Part shown: in pieces, positions 11,620-24,537 of the stretch
Position numbering within the stretch: the stretch's first letter is position 1
How the letters are laid out: every line of letters starts with the position of its first letter
Assembly (NCBI GenBank): GCA_002633005.1
Contig: NMRA01000126.1
Span: 326,979-390,978 of the forward strand
Length of the DNA: 64,000 nt
Direction: 5' to 3'
Source: Phoronis australis
Lineage: Eukaryota; Animalia; Phoronida
Position numbers and translations under genes: made by a program
The notes under the pieces: generated by a model
What the model saw: only the letters and a program-made list of their open reading frames with translations
Told to the model about the DNA's origin: nothing
Databases searched by the model: none

Positions 11620-12700
11620 AATGAGAGTTATTTAAGCCACTCTGTCAAAATTTAACTGTATTTCCCATGGGATGCAATTTAAATTCTTTGACTCTATATT
11701 AACATATGGTGCTGAAATATGGGGAACATTAATGTGTGAATCTATTGAAAAAAGTTCATAATGATTTCTGTAAATATGTTCTGAGATTGAGTATTAAAAC
11801 GCTTAATGCTATGACTCGCGGTGAATGTGGGAGACATTTGTTAATTACAAAATATATGTGTAAACCAATTATCTATTGGACAAAATTACTTGATCTGCCG
11901 GAAGAACATAGGTACCCACTGAAGTGTTATAGTATGCTTAAGGAACAAGGTGAAAATGGCAATTGTAACTGGGTACACCGTGTCAAAGAAATTTTGTATA
12001 GGTACGGCTATGGAGAAGTGTGGCTATTTGGCCCAGGCAATAGTGCTGAATTTATCTTGGTATTCAAACAGAGATTACTGGGTTGTGGCTTATAGGAATG
12101 GCAACGTGAGATAGGTAGCTCAAATAAATATGAATTTTATAGTCTTATTAAATGTGATCTTGTTAGCGAGCAATATGTGAATTGTTTAAGCGCCTATTCG
12201 AGAAAAATACTTGAGCAATTTCGATGCTCAGGTCACTCACTTAATATAGAGAAAGGGAGACATATGGGTATTCCTAGGTCACTCACTTAATATAGAGAAA
12301 GGGAGACATATGGGTATTCCTAGGTCACTCACTTAATATAGAGAAAGGGAGACATATGGGTATTCCTAGGTCACTCACTTAATATAGAGAAAGGGAGACA
12401 TATGGGTATTCCTAGGTCACTCATCTAATATAGAGAAAGGGAGACATATGGGTATTACTAGAGGTGAGAGAATATGCGGCATATGCTGTCTGGGTGAAAT
12501 TGAAGATGAGCCTCATTTCATGTGTCGATGCCCTGTTCTTGGAGACCTTCGAAGAAATCTTCTACCAGAGCTTGTGAATGTTAACTACTCTCTTGTTAGG
12601 TTATTCCAACAGAAAAATCGTGACAGTATCCAGCGTCTTGCATTGTATATTCAGAAGGCTACATGGCTTTACGAGAAGAACTGCTCTCCGTGTAAATACT
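11620..12700 (+). mobile_element. 5'-truncated, decayed non-LTR retrotransposon (3' part of ORF2 with CCHC zinc finger; RTEX-like, clade uncertain)
   Basis: Broken reading frames give LTYGAEIWG..IEKVHNDFCKYVL..NAMTRGECGR..YW..W..FRCSGHSLNIEKGRH..RICGICCLGEIEDEPHFMCRC, the usual post-RT region of LINE ORF2; a frameshift and stop codons are present. Confidence 0.85.
12231..12460. repeat. 46-bp minisatellite, 5 copies, inside the LINE relic
   Basis: ggtcactcacttaatatagagaaagggagacatatgggtattccta at 12231, 12277, 12323, 12369 and 12415. Confidence 0.95.
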
Positions 12701-13739
12701 CTGAATATACGTTTGAATTTATGTATTTATGTATGAGTAGGCAAAGCCTACGATGTACAATAAATGATATTTTGTTTTGTTTTGTTTATAAAAATTATGA
12801 ATGTCAGAGGTTACACCAGGGAAAGTATTGTTTTTGTCATTGCGTGACTGCTTGTTTTGGCTTTGAAATGATCCATTCATTAACTTGAGAGGGCAAGTGT
12901 TTTCTGTGACAAACAAATCTATATTACAGTCTTTAGTCCAGCCAGACAACTCAAGCAGTCTCCCAGACTCGACGTTTTGAGAAATTTGTGGAAGGCAGCC
13001 AAGGTTTGTAATATTCTTTAAATTCCAGAGAATGTACATTTAAAACAACATTTTACATTGGGGAACTTCAAAGTGCTATAGGTTAGATGTGCTTGAAGTT
13101 ACTGTCTATTTAATCTGCTAGAGTCGCTAGAGCTGAAATCGGGCTTGTATGATAATTAACTTGCAAACTTGGGCAACTGTATTTACGAATCTTCACTAGC
13201 CAATGTCTTATTAAATTACAATACTTTATTTCTTCTTTGGTTATTTATGCAGCAAGGGATGCAAAAGTGTGCCATTGTTAATGTAGAGATTCACTGTCAA
13301 CAGACAGGTTCCTGATGTAGCTTCGTTCGGGTATAGGAATGTGAGTCATGCATAAATTTTGGGAAAGGCCTAATTATGAGTCGGGCAAGTTCAGTTTCAG
13401 AAATTTGCTATGTAAAAAACTTGTAACAACTATTGAAGTCTTGTCTAAGATAAATGTGTGTGGTTATGTTAAATCTTGCTTCACTCGTCGATTTTGTCGC
13501 TTAATGAAGTGACATTAAAGATGTATTTCCGTTCTCCTAACTATGCTTCGATTATGTCACTTCATGCTTCTAGTTGTGGAAAAAACAAATTTTGATTTAG
13601 GGCACTTAATGTTATGAAATTGGTCTCAGATTGCTCCTTAGTCAAAATTGATGAGACCTGGTCATGAGGTTGGTTAACACTGACAGTTCTTTATACCTTC
13701 AGACTAAGCTCATGAGATTTCAAGTCACGCCAAGCTTGG

Positions 13740-13881
13740 TCAGATGTAGTAACGAACTGTCGATCAGATGTAGTAACGAACTGTCGATCAGATGTAGTAA
13801 CGAACTGTCGATCAGATGTAGTAACGAACTGTCGATCAGATGTAGTAAAGAACTGTCGATCAGATGTAGTAACGAACTGTC
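13740..13881. repeat. 24-bp minisatellite, 6 copies
   Basis: tcagatgtagtaacgaactgtcga with period 24. Confidence 0.95.
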
Positions 13882-14520
13882 CATTCTTCCCCACTTACTG
13901 ATCACTTCTAAATTGGCTAAGGAACGAGATACTAGATGACTGTTCATTTCATTTTAAGAAACTGAATAAAAAGTACAATTACTGGTTGCAAATCGATAAC
14001 TGATATGCCGGCAGATTTGCAATTATAATGACCATAAATATGAAAAGGGTGGTTACTGACAGACATCAAAATTACAAGATGCAATTACTATGGTATTACA
14101 ACATAAGATGACCTGCTTGCAAAAACACAGACAAACACACATAAAAACAAAAACGCAGAAAGGCTATTAGGGGATTAAAATTTGAGTTAGCTAGCTATTA
14201 TAAATGAAGGTGGATACTACTATATCTATTAGAACAATTTTTAGATCTATATTAAGTAGACGCGCACCACGAAGCACGTTGTAATGTGTGGTAACTGAAG
14301 GTGACGTCAATATTTGAATCAAGGACATGGAAGAGACGAACACGATCTATTTGAGTGACAGGAAATTTAAGAACTGAAGAAAATGATTAATACTGTTCAA
14401 GGAGCCACATTTACGTCTTGAAAATTATGTTAAAATTTTTGAGAATTAAAGAATAGACCGGCTCGTAATTGATGGAACTATTTCTTTGCTTCTGGTAATC
14501 ATTATTATACAAGTAGTTGG

Positions 14521-14765
14521 CATGTGCGCACCCAGCCTTCACCATGGGGGGCTCGAATTTCTGACGTTGTCGACCTTTTGCTAACAAAAGAGCGGATGGA
14601 CTAAAAAAAAAAAACGGGAGCACCACCGCGAATTGCGCGTTTGCGCTTATTTAGGGACTTTTGTTCCGTTTTGTCGGACTTTTTGCCTCTCAGGGACGGA
14701 CCTTTTGCCCATTTCGCCAAATGGGGGGCTCGTTCGAGCCCCTGATCCCCCTGGGTGCGCGCATA
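14521..14765. mobile_element. MITE with 15-bp TIRs and 5-bp TSD (hAT5-like)
   Basis: catgtgcgcacccag ... ctgggtgcgcgcata, flanked by gttgg at 14516-14520 and 14766-14770. Confidence 0.8.
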
Positions 14766-17411
14766 GTTGGTTTGCATGTATGAAACTCAGAGGATAGCAA
14801 GTTTAAGCGATTGAAAACTTTGTGCAGTTTTTAGTTGACAAGGAATAACGTTCCACAGTTAGGTGCACCGAATGAGTGTCAAATGCTGAAGCTAAAACCA
14901 AAGACGAACCTGATGTTGTACGTCATGAAAGGGATACCAGGGTGTGCATTTAGATATTGAGTGCCAAAACCCTAGATCCCTGACTGATTATGAAAGCCTT
15001 GTTGGGAATTTGGAGAAAATTGTGAAATAGACATGCAATTGCAAGGTGCGTAAAACGTTTGTGTGGACTGTGTTTGTCACCGTGTTTCCGTTTGTTCCTT
15101 GAATTTGATTATTAAAATCTCACGTAGCGCTAATTAGGATAAGTGGAATTAATGAAGTTAGCGGTAGAAGAAATTAACGGAACCCCATTCAGTCCGTGAT
15201 TTTGATCATGTTTACTCAGAAATTCTAATTCGACGTACGCAACGAAAGCTTCCACCCCAAAACAAGACATTTTATCGATTGATTCTTTATTATTAATCCA
15301 CATAGTGTTCTTCAGTGTGATCCCGGCATTGATACGCTTTGCGCCAAACCGAACAACCGTTTGGTGATGGTCGCTCAGCGTTTCAAGTCTCATTGGCCCT
15401 ATGTTAATACCATGTACAGATCAATTTCTTCGTCCGCAGTTTCACACTTTTTACTTTCGTCACTATGGCGAACCTTATTTCAAAACACAAGAAGGCGTAT
15501 TCAGCCAGTCCTGTAAAAACGATTCCTCGTGTTTTGTTGGAAGCACAAGCGGCATCTCTCTCGCCCGTCTGACCCCTTCTACCTGTCAAGATCATGGATT
15601 TTAAACAAATTATGTCCCAATATCGGGATTCAAGTGTATTTATTGCGTACGACAAGTAGTATGCTGTAAGGTCTGGACAACTGTGTTGCAGCACTTGCTC
15701 AACTTTTAGTTGAGGCCCGTTTCATAGTCTTGGAGGATCCGCTCCTGCGATCACTTAGTGTGTAGGCCTAATCTCATGGGTTGAGTTTCAGCAAAACCCA
15801 ACATACAATGCGAATGCGAACAACCGTGAAGTCCGGTCTTTGGGTTGAAGTGACCAAATCCCGTCGGTTACCTTTTGAATTGAACTGTTCGCAGAAATAA
15901 AAACACAAGAGTTAAAAATGGAAATATCCACATTTATAGGCGGATTGTAGGTCCAGTAGCGGGGACAGCGATGACGCTGGTGGTGATGGCGGTGCTGGTG
16001 ATGGTCACGGTTGTGCAACAGTGATGACTCACAAACACACTAAAAAAAGCTAGGCTCCTGGACTGCGGCTCGGCTCCGGCGCCGTAGATCAAATATTCCG
16101 GCTCTTGTAAACGCGACCCACTGACTTCGATGAGTAACGTACATCAGTGGATGCTTAGTTCTGTAATTCTGTAAGGCGTGTTTTTGGAGGGTGCGTAAGC
16201 CGTGTTTGTGAGTCAGCGAGCTTGTTTTACAGGTACGCGAGCGTGCTCATGAGTTCGTGTGCATGTACTCGCAAAGGATGCGTTGCTTTTATTTTCGATC
16301 ACTATGAACGAATAGTGACGTCAAATTCTGTTTTTATGGGGGCGTTCGACTCAGTTATATTCTAAAGATACATGAGGTAATTGCAAGACATCGTACGTTG
16401 TTATTGTGTTAGATTCTTGTACTTTTATTTTTACCTGTCTTAAGCACCTGATAGGTTTCTGAATTAGAAACTTTTCCTACATTAGGTTACAGCCCTATAG
16501 GTTGACGTTTTCAGTCATTCAATTTTCTGCTGCACAACCAGAAATCAAATTCCGTTCACTTGGACAAAGTGATGTCGAAAGACCCTCTTGGGGTAATCAT
16601 AAATTTTGACTGAACCTCGGTATCACTGAACTCGTTGGTTATTTAAAGTCACGTTTAAAAACAGTGAACCTGAGCCATGGACTCGTTTCAAGTGTACAAT
16701 AACATTAGACAAAGCCAAATTAAGTAAAAAAAAAACAAATAAATGCAAATTAAGTAAAAAAAAAATGAAAATCAAACTAAAAAAAGAACATGGTACCCAC
16801 GGTCCTTCACCAGTAACTTGAAGACCTGGAGGTCCGCTGGAATTTCATATTCAATATGTTTTTTTGGCCCTCGGCACAGGAATGGGAGCTTAGCACGGTT
16901 CATAATTGAGACTTTCCAGTCTTTCGATTAGAGGGGCTCATACAGTGCGACACAAGTGGAAAATAATTAAAATTTGGCAAAATAATTGGCTTGAAAATAG
17001 CTATACATCCAAGTCAACGCACCCCCTCGTGCATGGATTATAGGCGCACATTGGATGATTTTTTGAAAAGATGCGCTAATTCATTTCATTTCACGCAGCG
17101 TGTGGTGTCGGTGACACTCGGGTTGGAATAAAAATATTGAGATTACTCGTTGAGTACTAAAAATACGCAGTTTTAAAAAATCTTAAATTTCATCTTATTG
17201 TTTTTTGCCAAAACCTCAAAGGGAGTCCTTTTTTGGGCAACAATTGCACATAGTCTAGGTTTTGAAAGCTCCAGCGGTGCGTGGAAACGGGTGTCTACAG
17301 ATTCTGACCCTTTAAGATAGCCACCTGGTGGCTGGCGTCAGCAAAACCTTGAGTTCACGATGTTCGGACCTGAAAATGCAGCACATGACTGAAGATTAAC
17401 GTCAGGGAGTA

Positions 17412-17753
17412 CGGGGGCGGATCCAGGATTTTGAGTTAGGGGAGGTCAGGGCACAGGAATAACCAGAATTTCGGCAGATACGCGCGCCCAGCCCTAAAAC
17501 CTAAAATAAAGGGATGCAGGGGTCTCGAATTTTTGGGTTTGTGAACCTTTTGACTAAAAAAAACGGCAAACGAGATTTGTTCAGGGCCTATGCATTATTT
17601 CTTCACCCCCCCCGAGCTCCCCTGCTTGCGCGCATCTACTATTCAGCAATTCGCACCCGAACTGCCAAATGATATCTGATAGAATTTTAGGGGGGGGCCA
17701 TGGTCCCCTTGCCCCCCCNCCCCATGCCCCCCCCCCCCCTAAATCCGCCACTG
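17412..17753. mobile_element. MITE with ggcggat TIRs and near-perfect 5-bp TSD
   Basis: cgggggcggat ... atccgccactg; flanks gagta and cagta; G/C-run subterminal regions. Confidence 0.7.
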
Positions 17754-17930
17754 CAGTACATCAGATTGTACTAGTTGGTTTCATGTCCGGAAATGCGAGG
17801 GCAGGTAGTTTTTACATGATAAGCTACATCCGTCAGGATTACTTTATAAAAGGGATGTTCATTTTAGATCATCCTTACATATAATACATTTTGAAACCCT
17901 GTACCATTTTTTCAGGAGATTGCTTCAGAA

Positions 17931-18179
17931 ATGAAACGCTTCGGCGTGCTCGTTGTCTTCTTCATCCTTGTCCAAACGATTCGAAGCCTACCAAAAACGA
18001 GGCTAGCGACGAAAACGATCGACAATATGGAAAGAATAAAAGATGAGGTGAAGGGACAAGTGATCCCGGGGGAGAGCGCACTGTGGAGAGATCTTGCTGA
18101 CAACGTGGACTGTCTGGAAAAAATGAGTGACGATAAGCAAGAGATATTTTCTGACACCAGTCTCCAACCAAGTCGTCAG
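17931..18179 (+). CDS. secreted protein, coding exon 1 (signal peptide plus linker/pro-region)
   Basis: ATG 15 nt after a tttttcag acceptor; cag|gtaagc donor; 83 codons. Confidence 0.82.
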
Positions 18180-21100
18180 GTAAGCTACTGAAAAAGTTTA
18201 GTTTTTGTCTCTGAACTATTGGCCATTCCGCAAGTCATGTGAACCTAGCATTTGTGAACGGTGTATGAGACAACCTTTGATTGCTTCTTCTCCGCCGTGT
18301 TATTGTTGTAGCTAGAAACATGGGCGGCGCAGCACTGAAAAAAGTGGGGGGCTAAAGCCCCCTCAGCGCCCCTGTGGTGCACCACCTATAGACTATGTGC
18401 AGCGTGTAGCACTGAAAAAATGCCCCCNATGGTGCGCCGCCCATGAGAAATCGACAGTTTTGTGTCCTGCGTGTAACGGTCCAAATGCCGTTCGGTTTGA
18501 AGGTACTTTGGACGGTCTGGTCCGTGCTATTTGTAAATTCCACATGTGCTCGTTCGGAAGATATTTGTCTCATTTGTGTTCTTGTCGTCCGCCCCCAAAT
18601 TAGAAGATTGAACGGCCTTCTTACCTGATTGGCTAGAACATTAGCATTTACACAACGGCCGATAAGAAGCCATGTTGAACGTTAAGATGCTAGGCATCTG
18701 CCTTCTGAATTGACGTCTTATCTCCTCTGTCATAAAAAATACCACATCCAAACGAGGTGGTTGACGTATTCTCCTCGTCTTTCGCCACCACAACATCTCA
18801 AGACATCTTGCATTGGTAAGCGATGGCGGAGATCGACACGCCTATCACACGGACGTTTAAATGCATGGTCGAAAAAGTGGTTTTCGGCTATGTTTGGTCA
18901 TAAAATTAATCCAAGTTTACGTTTCTCCGCTTTTACAGCTAAAACGGACTGTTTCTACTGGTGGAAAACCCCTGCTCGGTGCTCCTACGATTCCTAAAAG
19001 TTTCCATTTAAGTGATAAAAACATCGGTTTTATTGCACCGAGGCCCTACAGTGTTGGAAAACCATTTGCACCCTTCCCAGTGAGTACGGAGACCTACTCT
19101 CATTTTATCATTCAGTCTTCAGTTGGGCTTTGTGGTGAATCTTAGCTCAATAAGTGTTTGGACTAGAACAAAAATTGCAATGCCGTATATGAGCGGCGTA
19201 ATTTAGAACCATATGCAAAGCTCCTCATGAATCCAGAATTAGGCATATTCGCCTATACGCGAACCAGTTGATTAAAACTATGGTTGAAAGTCATTCTCCT
19301 AATATAGGTGCACCTTTTTCAGTTTTTAAAAAGATATGTACATGATGTAGGTTCGCATAATACGCCCAGGAGTTCATGTGTTTAGCGGCAAACAATTTTC
19401 GTATATAAGAGCACGTATAAAGAGGGCTGGAACGCGAAAAACAGACTAAATCACATTATTCAAAGTAGCTCTCACACTGAGGCAGAATTCAACATGTTCA
19501 CCAGGTATTTTTACGGTTTGTTTGTAAAAATTTTGAATTTTCTTTTAGTTTCGAATGTCATAAAAGCGCTTTGTCAATTGCTAGTCACTTCGTCGATTTT
19601 CCCCCAAAACAAAGCACGTCTCCTTATTTTGGTATGGCAAGAAATAGACGTAGCATATTTCCCTTATATGAAATATGTGACCTTTGACCTCAGATGTAAA
19701 AAACAATGGCAAGCAGCAGCCACTCCGATTAAGAAGCAATTGTTGTAAGTCCTATCTGTTTAAAATTAGTTGGAAAGGTATTGTAGTATTAAATATATAT
19801 CCAAAAATACACTTGGAATTCTTTTTGGGAAATCGCTTGCTTCCCTGCAGGCTTGCCGCATGCTGTGCTGTCAACCTCAGATTCGGAGAGCGATCACACA
19901 CAATAATCTACCAGCGAGCTGTTTATCGAAAGACCGTAAGAGCACGTGCGCGTTTATCATAAGTGAGAGGGAGATTATAAACTCTGTGGTGACTACCAGA
20001 GTTTTTCCTAAGCACTTATTTCAAAATTCGTGAATTTTGTGATTTTTACGGAAATTCCCTCACAGGAGAAAGTCAGTACCTCAGTAGTAGACGTTGCGAG
20101 ATGGTACTTTCGTCAGGAATTGTTTATTTTTGACAAGCTTTCGCGTTCCATGCCTCTTTAAAATGAGTATTATAACTTTCATGACTAAATATTTAAGTAG
20201 CAGAAAACGTCAAAGCTTTAATTAACAACAATTTTTATCATTGTAGACTTTTCCTCAAATAACGGTCTACGTCAAGTCGGCTTCAGGCGTGTTGCGACAT
20301 GAACGCCTGAGTTTACATCCAGGCATGACATTAAACGACGCGCTTCAACAAGCAGACAACAGATTCTTATTGAAACATCCTCTGGAAGCCAATCCTTTCG
20401 CCTGTAACATCGCAATGAGTATGCATAACAAATGCCTGGTGTATTTCAATTGCGGTAAATTGCCAGCCACGAAGAGATTCGAATGGATTATTACACTTGC
20501 AAAAAATGTAAGTATAAACTGTACTCCTTTCGCTTTCTTGTTCACTTCAGTAGATGTTGGTTAGTATATTTGCGAGTTTGTTTCCCAACTGAACAGAAGT
20601 GGACAGAAATCGTAGAAGCCCGCAGCCTCGGGAAAATGCAAGCTTATTTAAGACTTCGATAGATATGCATTGCCAGCGAAGCACGTGATCACGCTAGCTT
20701 TACTGGTGAAGATTCTTGTGTCTATTGGCAACGCCCATTGTTGCATAACATTGCACGAGCTCTATAACCCTAGCACGGAGTGGAAAACCACCACTTAGGC
20801 CTATGAGGTCGTGCAAACCCAGCAGTGGTGCTCGGAAGCTTAATGTAGTGTACCCTAGCAAATTATTGGTCGATGAATGTGGCCGCTATTTTGCTCCCAA
20901 GCTTAATCGCGTAACACTTGCTTTTCACTAGCGTGATTTTGCGTGGTCTTGCTCTCGCGAGTTTCTTGCGTCTACAGCTGGAACGCACCCTCGTGGCCTC
21001 GCGTCATGACATCAACAGAAATAGGACAAAAATTCACCTTGCTTCCTATTTCGCTAGTAAGCACAGATCTAAATCATTTAGTGCCTTCACAAAGTAAGCC

Positions 21101-21888
21101 TACGATAACTAAACTTAGTTCGCGGTAAAAACGATCTGCAGAATTGGATTGAGGGCGTAGGCGGATTGAGCTCGCTCCTCCACTGACACACGAGAACTCG
21201 ACCAAAAACAACATGCCGTCGGCGACATGCTGGTTTTAGATAATGCATATGTATTTTCCTTCTAAAACGGCTTGGCACCTCCTTACGACACCCTAGATAC
21301 GCCAGTTGGGGACTACGTTCCCTGATCGCATCAGGGCAAAGTGAAAACCGCAGGTGCTTTTCTATGAAAAGACATTCCAGAAGCTCGAAATTTCTTGTGA
21401 GAGATATGCTTATCTGTTCACGATTCTGCTAACATTTGGGAATGGCTTTTAAACCTACGAGACGCTTCGCAGGTAACATGCGTGTAATTTGCGTGTGCGT
21501 GTGACATTGGTTCAACTGAAAAATTTGTATTTATTTGTGGGTTTCCCCTTTCCGTTAATATTGTTATCTACGATTCTGTCACCGCTGGCGTAGCCTATAA
21601 TCTCTTTGCAATGTTGTGGAGAGTCGATGCATGAATTATGAATACTGTTTAAATCGTGGACAAGCCGGGAGTATACGGTGAACCTGACGATGCATTATTA
21701 TACTTTTTCTTGTATATGGCACATTTATTAGTATGGAATAAATGTATACCTTCATTATGCATTTGTCATTTTATTTCCAGGGTGAATCAAAATACCGGTC
21801 CGCCTGTGTTCCAGCTATGTTGATGACCAAGGGAGATGAGGTGGTGGTAGAGTACCTCCCTCGTAAACAAAACACTTTGAAAGGTTAA
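17931..21888 (+). CDS. secreted 205-aa protein with a transcobalamin-beta/DUF4430-like beta-grasp domain: join(17931-18179,20247-20507,21781-21888)
   Basis: Three phase-0 GT-AG exons join in frame. Signal peptide MKRFGVLVVFFILVQTIRS. C-terminal ITVYVK..GMTLNDALQQA..NPF..WIITL..GE..KGDEVVVEY pattern. Acceptor at 17915 implies a non-coding 5' exon; AATAAA at 22106-22111. The gene model is firm; the domain call is by eye. Confidence 0.8.
18319..18445. mobile_element. small dimeric MITE with 13-bp TIRs and 5-bp TSD
   Basis: catgggcggcgca ... tgcgccgcccatg, flanked by agaaa on both sides; agcactgaaaaaa occurs twice internally. Confidence 0.8.
20247..20507 (+). CDS. secreted protein, coding exon 2
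   Basis: ttgtag acceptor, aat|gtaagt donor, 87 codons, in frame with ORF 20289-20564. Confidence 0.82.
21781..21888 (+). CDS. secreted protein, coding exon 3 (GESKYRSACVP...KGDEVVVEYLPRKQNTLKG*)
   Basis: tttatttccag acceptor, phase 0, TAA at 21886-21888. Confidence 0.8.
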   Translation, partial: GESKYRSACVPAMLMTKGDEVVVEYLPRKQNTLKG

Positions 21889-22511
21889 AACCGATTGACC
21901 CCTTCAACGACACGGCAGCCGAATATGGACACTACCCCGCAGAGAAAATGGCGTCTTTTTGTAAGCACGCCATGGGTATGTGAAATACTTAGATAAGTAA
22001 AAATTTAGACTACTCTGTTATATGGCAAGATTCTGGTCGCGACTGTTCATTGGAACTCGTTTTATTACGTGGCACTGTAGATTTTTGTGGTTTGTTGACA
22101 AATTCAATAAACCGTGTTCTATGGTCAAATCTAGGACACTGCACGATTTATGTTAGTTTTTCCATGAAAACGGTGAGTGAAGTTTGCTAACACCACCGCA
22201 CGCGCATGTACGACATATCGTGTATATATGTGCTGCTGTGGGAAAGTGCTGAGTGAAAATTATTAGCCAAAATGCATTTTTATGTCCCCAATTTTACAGT
22301 CCGACGAAACATTGTTTCTTTACGTCAGGTGTGCTCAAAAGAAGCTTTGCCTCGAAATTTACAACATGTAATCACCCGTAAATCACGAGCTTACAGTGTA
22401 GAAAATGATGTGAAGTCGTCTCCTACGTAGATCTTTGGATAAGAAAGAGATAAGTTTTTTCTATTGTACCGGAAAAGGGAACCGTAATAAAAAGACCAGA
22501 TCTCAGTTGTG

Positions 22512-22652
22512 CGTTCAGTAGACGCTAGGACCTACGCTAGGACATAGCTAAAACCTAGTCAAAGTCACGTGTTCGTATTTAAAATGCAGGGCAATATCTC
22601 ACGTAATCTCGCGAAGTGTTGCTTTTTAGCGAGGTCCTAGCGTTACTGAACG
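22512..22652. mobile_element. degenerate MITE / inverted repeat
   Basis: cgttcagtagacgctaggacctacgcta versus tagcgaggtcctagcgttactgaacg. Confidence 0.6.
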
Positions 22653-24531
22653 GGAGGCAGAAGTTAAATCAACAAATCCATTAACTTTCCCAAGTAATGT
22701 TTGCACAAAGTGCCGGATTATCCATTGAAAGCTGCAAGTCATATGTGGGCCCTCAGCTAAATTCCCGCTGTTTTTGCCAATCGTGCACTGTAATTGATTG
22801 AGCTAGGCTATCAAATGAACGAAAATAAATTGAAACATTGTCAACAGTACCACTGAGAAAAAACACTTTGCCAATCGTACCGGAAACTAACGATTCTCTT
22901 TGTAAAGAATTCAATGTTATTGCACATGTGAACGACAAATAAATAAATGTTGTTCAATGCCCAACGAGTTAATTCCTTTAAAATACAAGTCTTGTCTTAT
23001 CTAAAACACGGCTTGCGGACTGGCTTACAATCACTAAGCCAACTTACCTGGGAATGAAAGTCTACAAGTCTCAACATAAACGGAAGGCTGACTAAGTCAA
23101 AATACGCCAATTCACGAGTTCCCACAAATATTCTTGCACCCTTGCGTCCTCTCAGTGTAAAAGAACGTAATCAGGGCCAGGAACCTGTATATACCGTAAT
23201 ATAGAAGAATTAAGTCTTTAATTTGGTGTGAACATTGTGCTCTCTTAGAAACCGATGGCCCAAAGAAAATTTAAGGAACTGCATATATTTCTGTGAAACA
23301 TACCTATGAAGAAGAAAGGAATCTAAATGGCTATGAATTTTCTTCTGTCCTGATAACTCATAAAAGTTTCGAACTTCGATTGAATCAGAGATGCCAGTTT
23401 TGGTGGACGTGTATTGTCAAAGACACACAAGTAACATACATCATAGTAACACTTAAGTTACCACACTTAGACGTCGAAAGTCATGAAATAAAGTGCTACT
23501 GAGCATCACAAACAGCCAAAGAATCAACTGACTGAACTAGGAATCAACTTTCCGAGCCATGATAGTAATTGGCTACGTTCGGAAAGGAGACACCTGCATT
23601 CCGAACGCTAATATCAAGAAATAAGCAAGGACGATAATTTCCCTTTGCAACAACTGATTTTTGTCCGGAACCTCTTCCAGTGTATGTGCCTCGTAGACTC
23701 CCTTAAGTCGCTACTGCCCCGAAAGCTGATTCTTAGTTCACCTATATTCACAATAATGTACACTTCCCGTACACAAGACATTAGAACACAGCTCTAGTGA
23801 ACGCAGTAAGGCATTTGCCGAAGCACACTGCTCGAGCGCGAGAGTGGTACCAGCTTTAGGCGCAATATTTGTATCCGTCTGTAGTATAACTGAAAGACCC
23901 AACACACGATATTCAAAACTTTAGAAGATAAAAACAGGAATGCTATACGTTTCAAAGTAATCATTTCATACAAGGATATTAAAAACATCTTAACAAAGGT
24001 AAATCATAGAATAAAAAGATGGCAAGGACTAGTCAACAATTAACTTATGAATCCTAAACAAAATTAAAGAATTTCAACTCACAATGAATTCTTTGGAACA
24101 AAACTACTAGGTAATAACTTCAACCAAATTTCAAGTAAAAATGAAACTAAACCAGCAACAACAGGAAAATTTTTGATTGCATCTGAGGAATTTAGGCAAT
24201 AGTCAGTTAGAAATATCCACCACAATGAACACATGACCCATTCTATCAAGTGCACGTCAGTACACCTGTACTTATACAACTACTTACATGCAGACTAATA
24301 ATGATCTTCATGTGCAATTAAATGCAATACTGGTTTTCAGTATCTTAATGAACGCGGGCAAAGATCAAGGTTTAAAAATAAATAAATGTAACATTACACC
24401 TACAACAAATCATTGGTGTATGTTAGGTTAACGTCTCTTAGACTAAACAATTCAAATAAATCACAAATTCGTTGCAGCTAATAAATACACTGCAAATGGG
24501 TGCCCAGATGGAGGCACAGATCTAGAAAATG

Positions 24532-24537
24532 TTTATT
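24532..24537 (-). promoter_or_regulatory. candidate polyA signal of the long intersectin transcript
   Basis: AATAAA on the minus strand about 1.6 kb past the stop codon, followed by a U-rich tract; position inferred only. Confidence 0.35.

Noticed and set aside
13664-13947. Three overlapping repeat-peptide ORFs
   Set aside because: Products of the 24-bp tandem repeat
15788-16215. His-rich ORF and 14-bp inverted repeat tgactcacaaacac / gtgtttgtgagtca
   Set aside because: Low-complexity (ggt/gat) tract without convincing splice sites; the repeat is too short to classify
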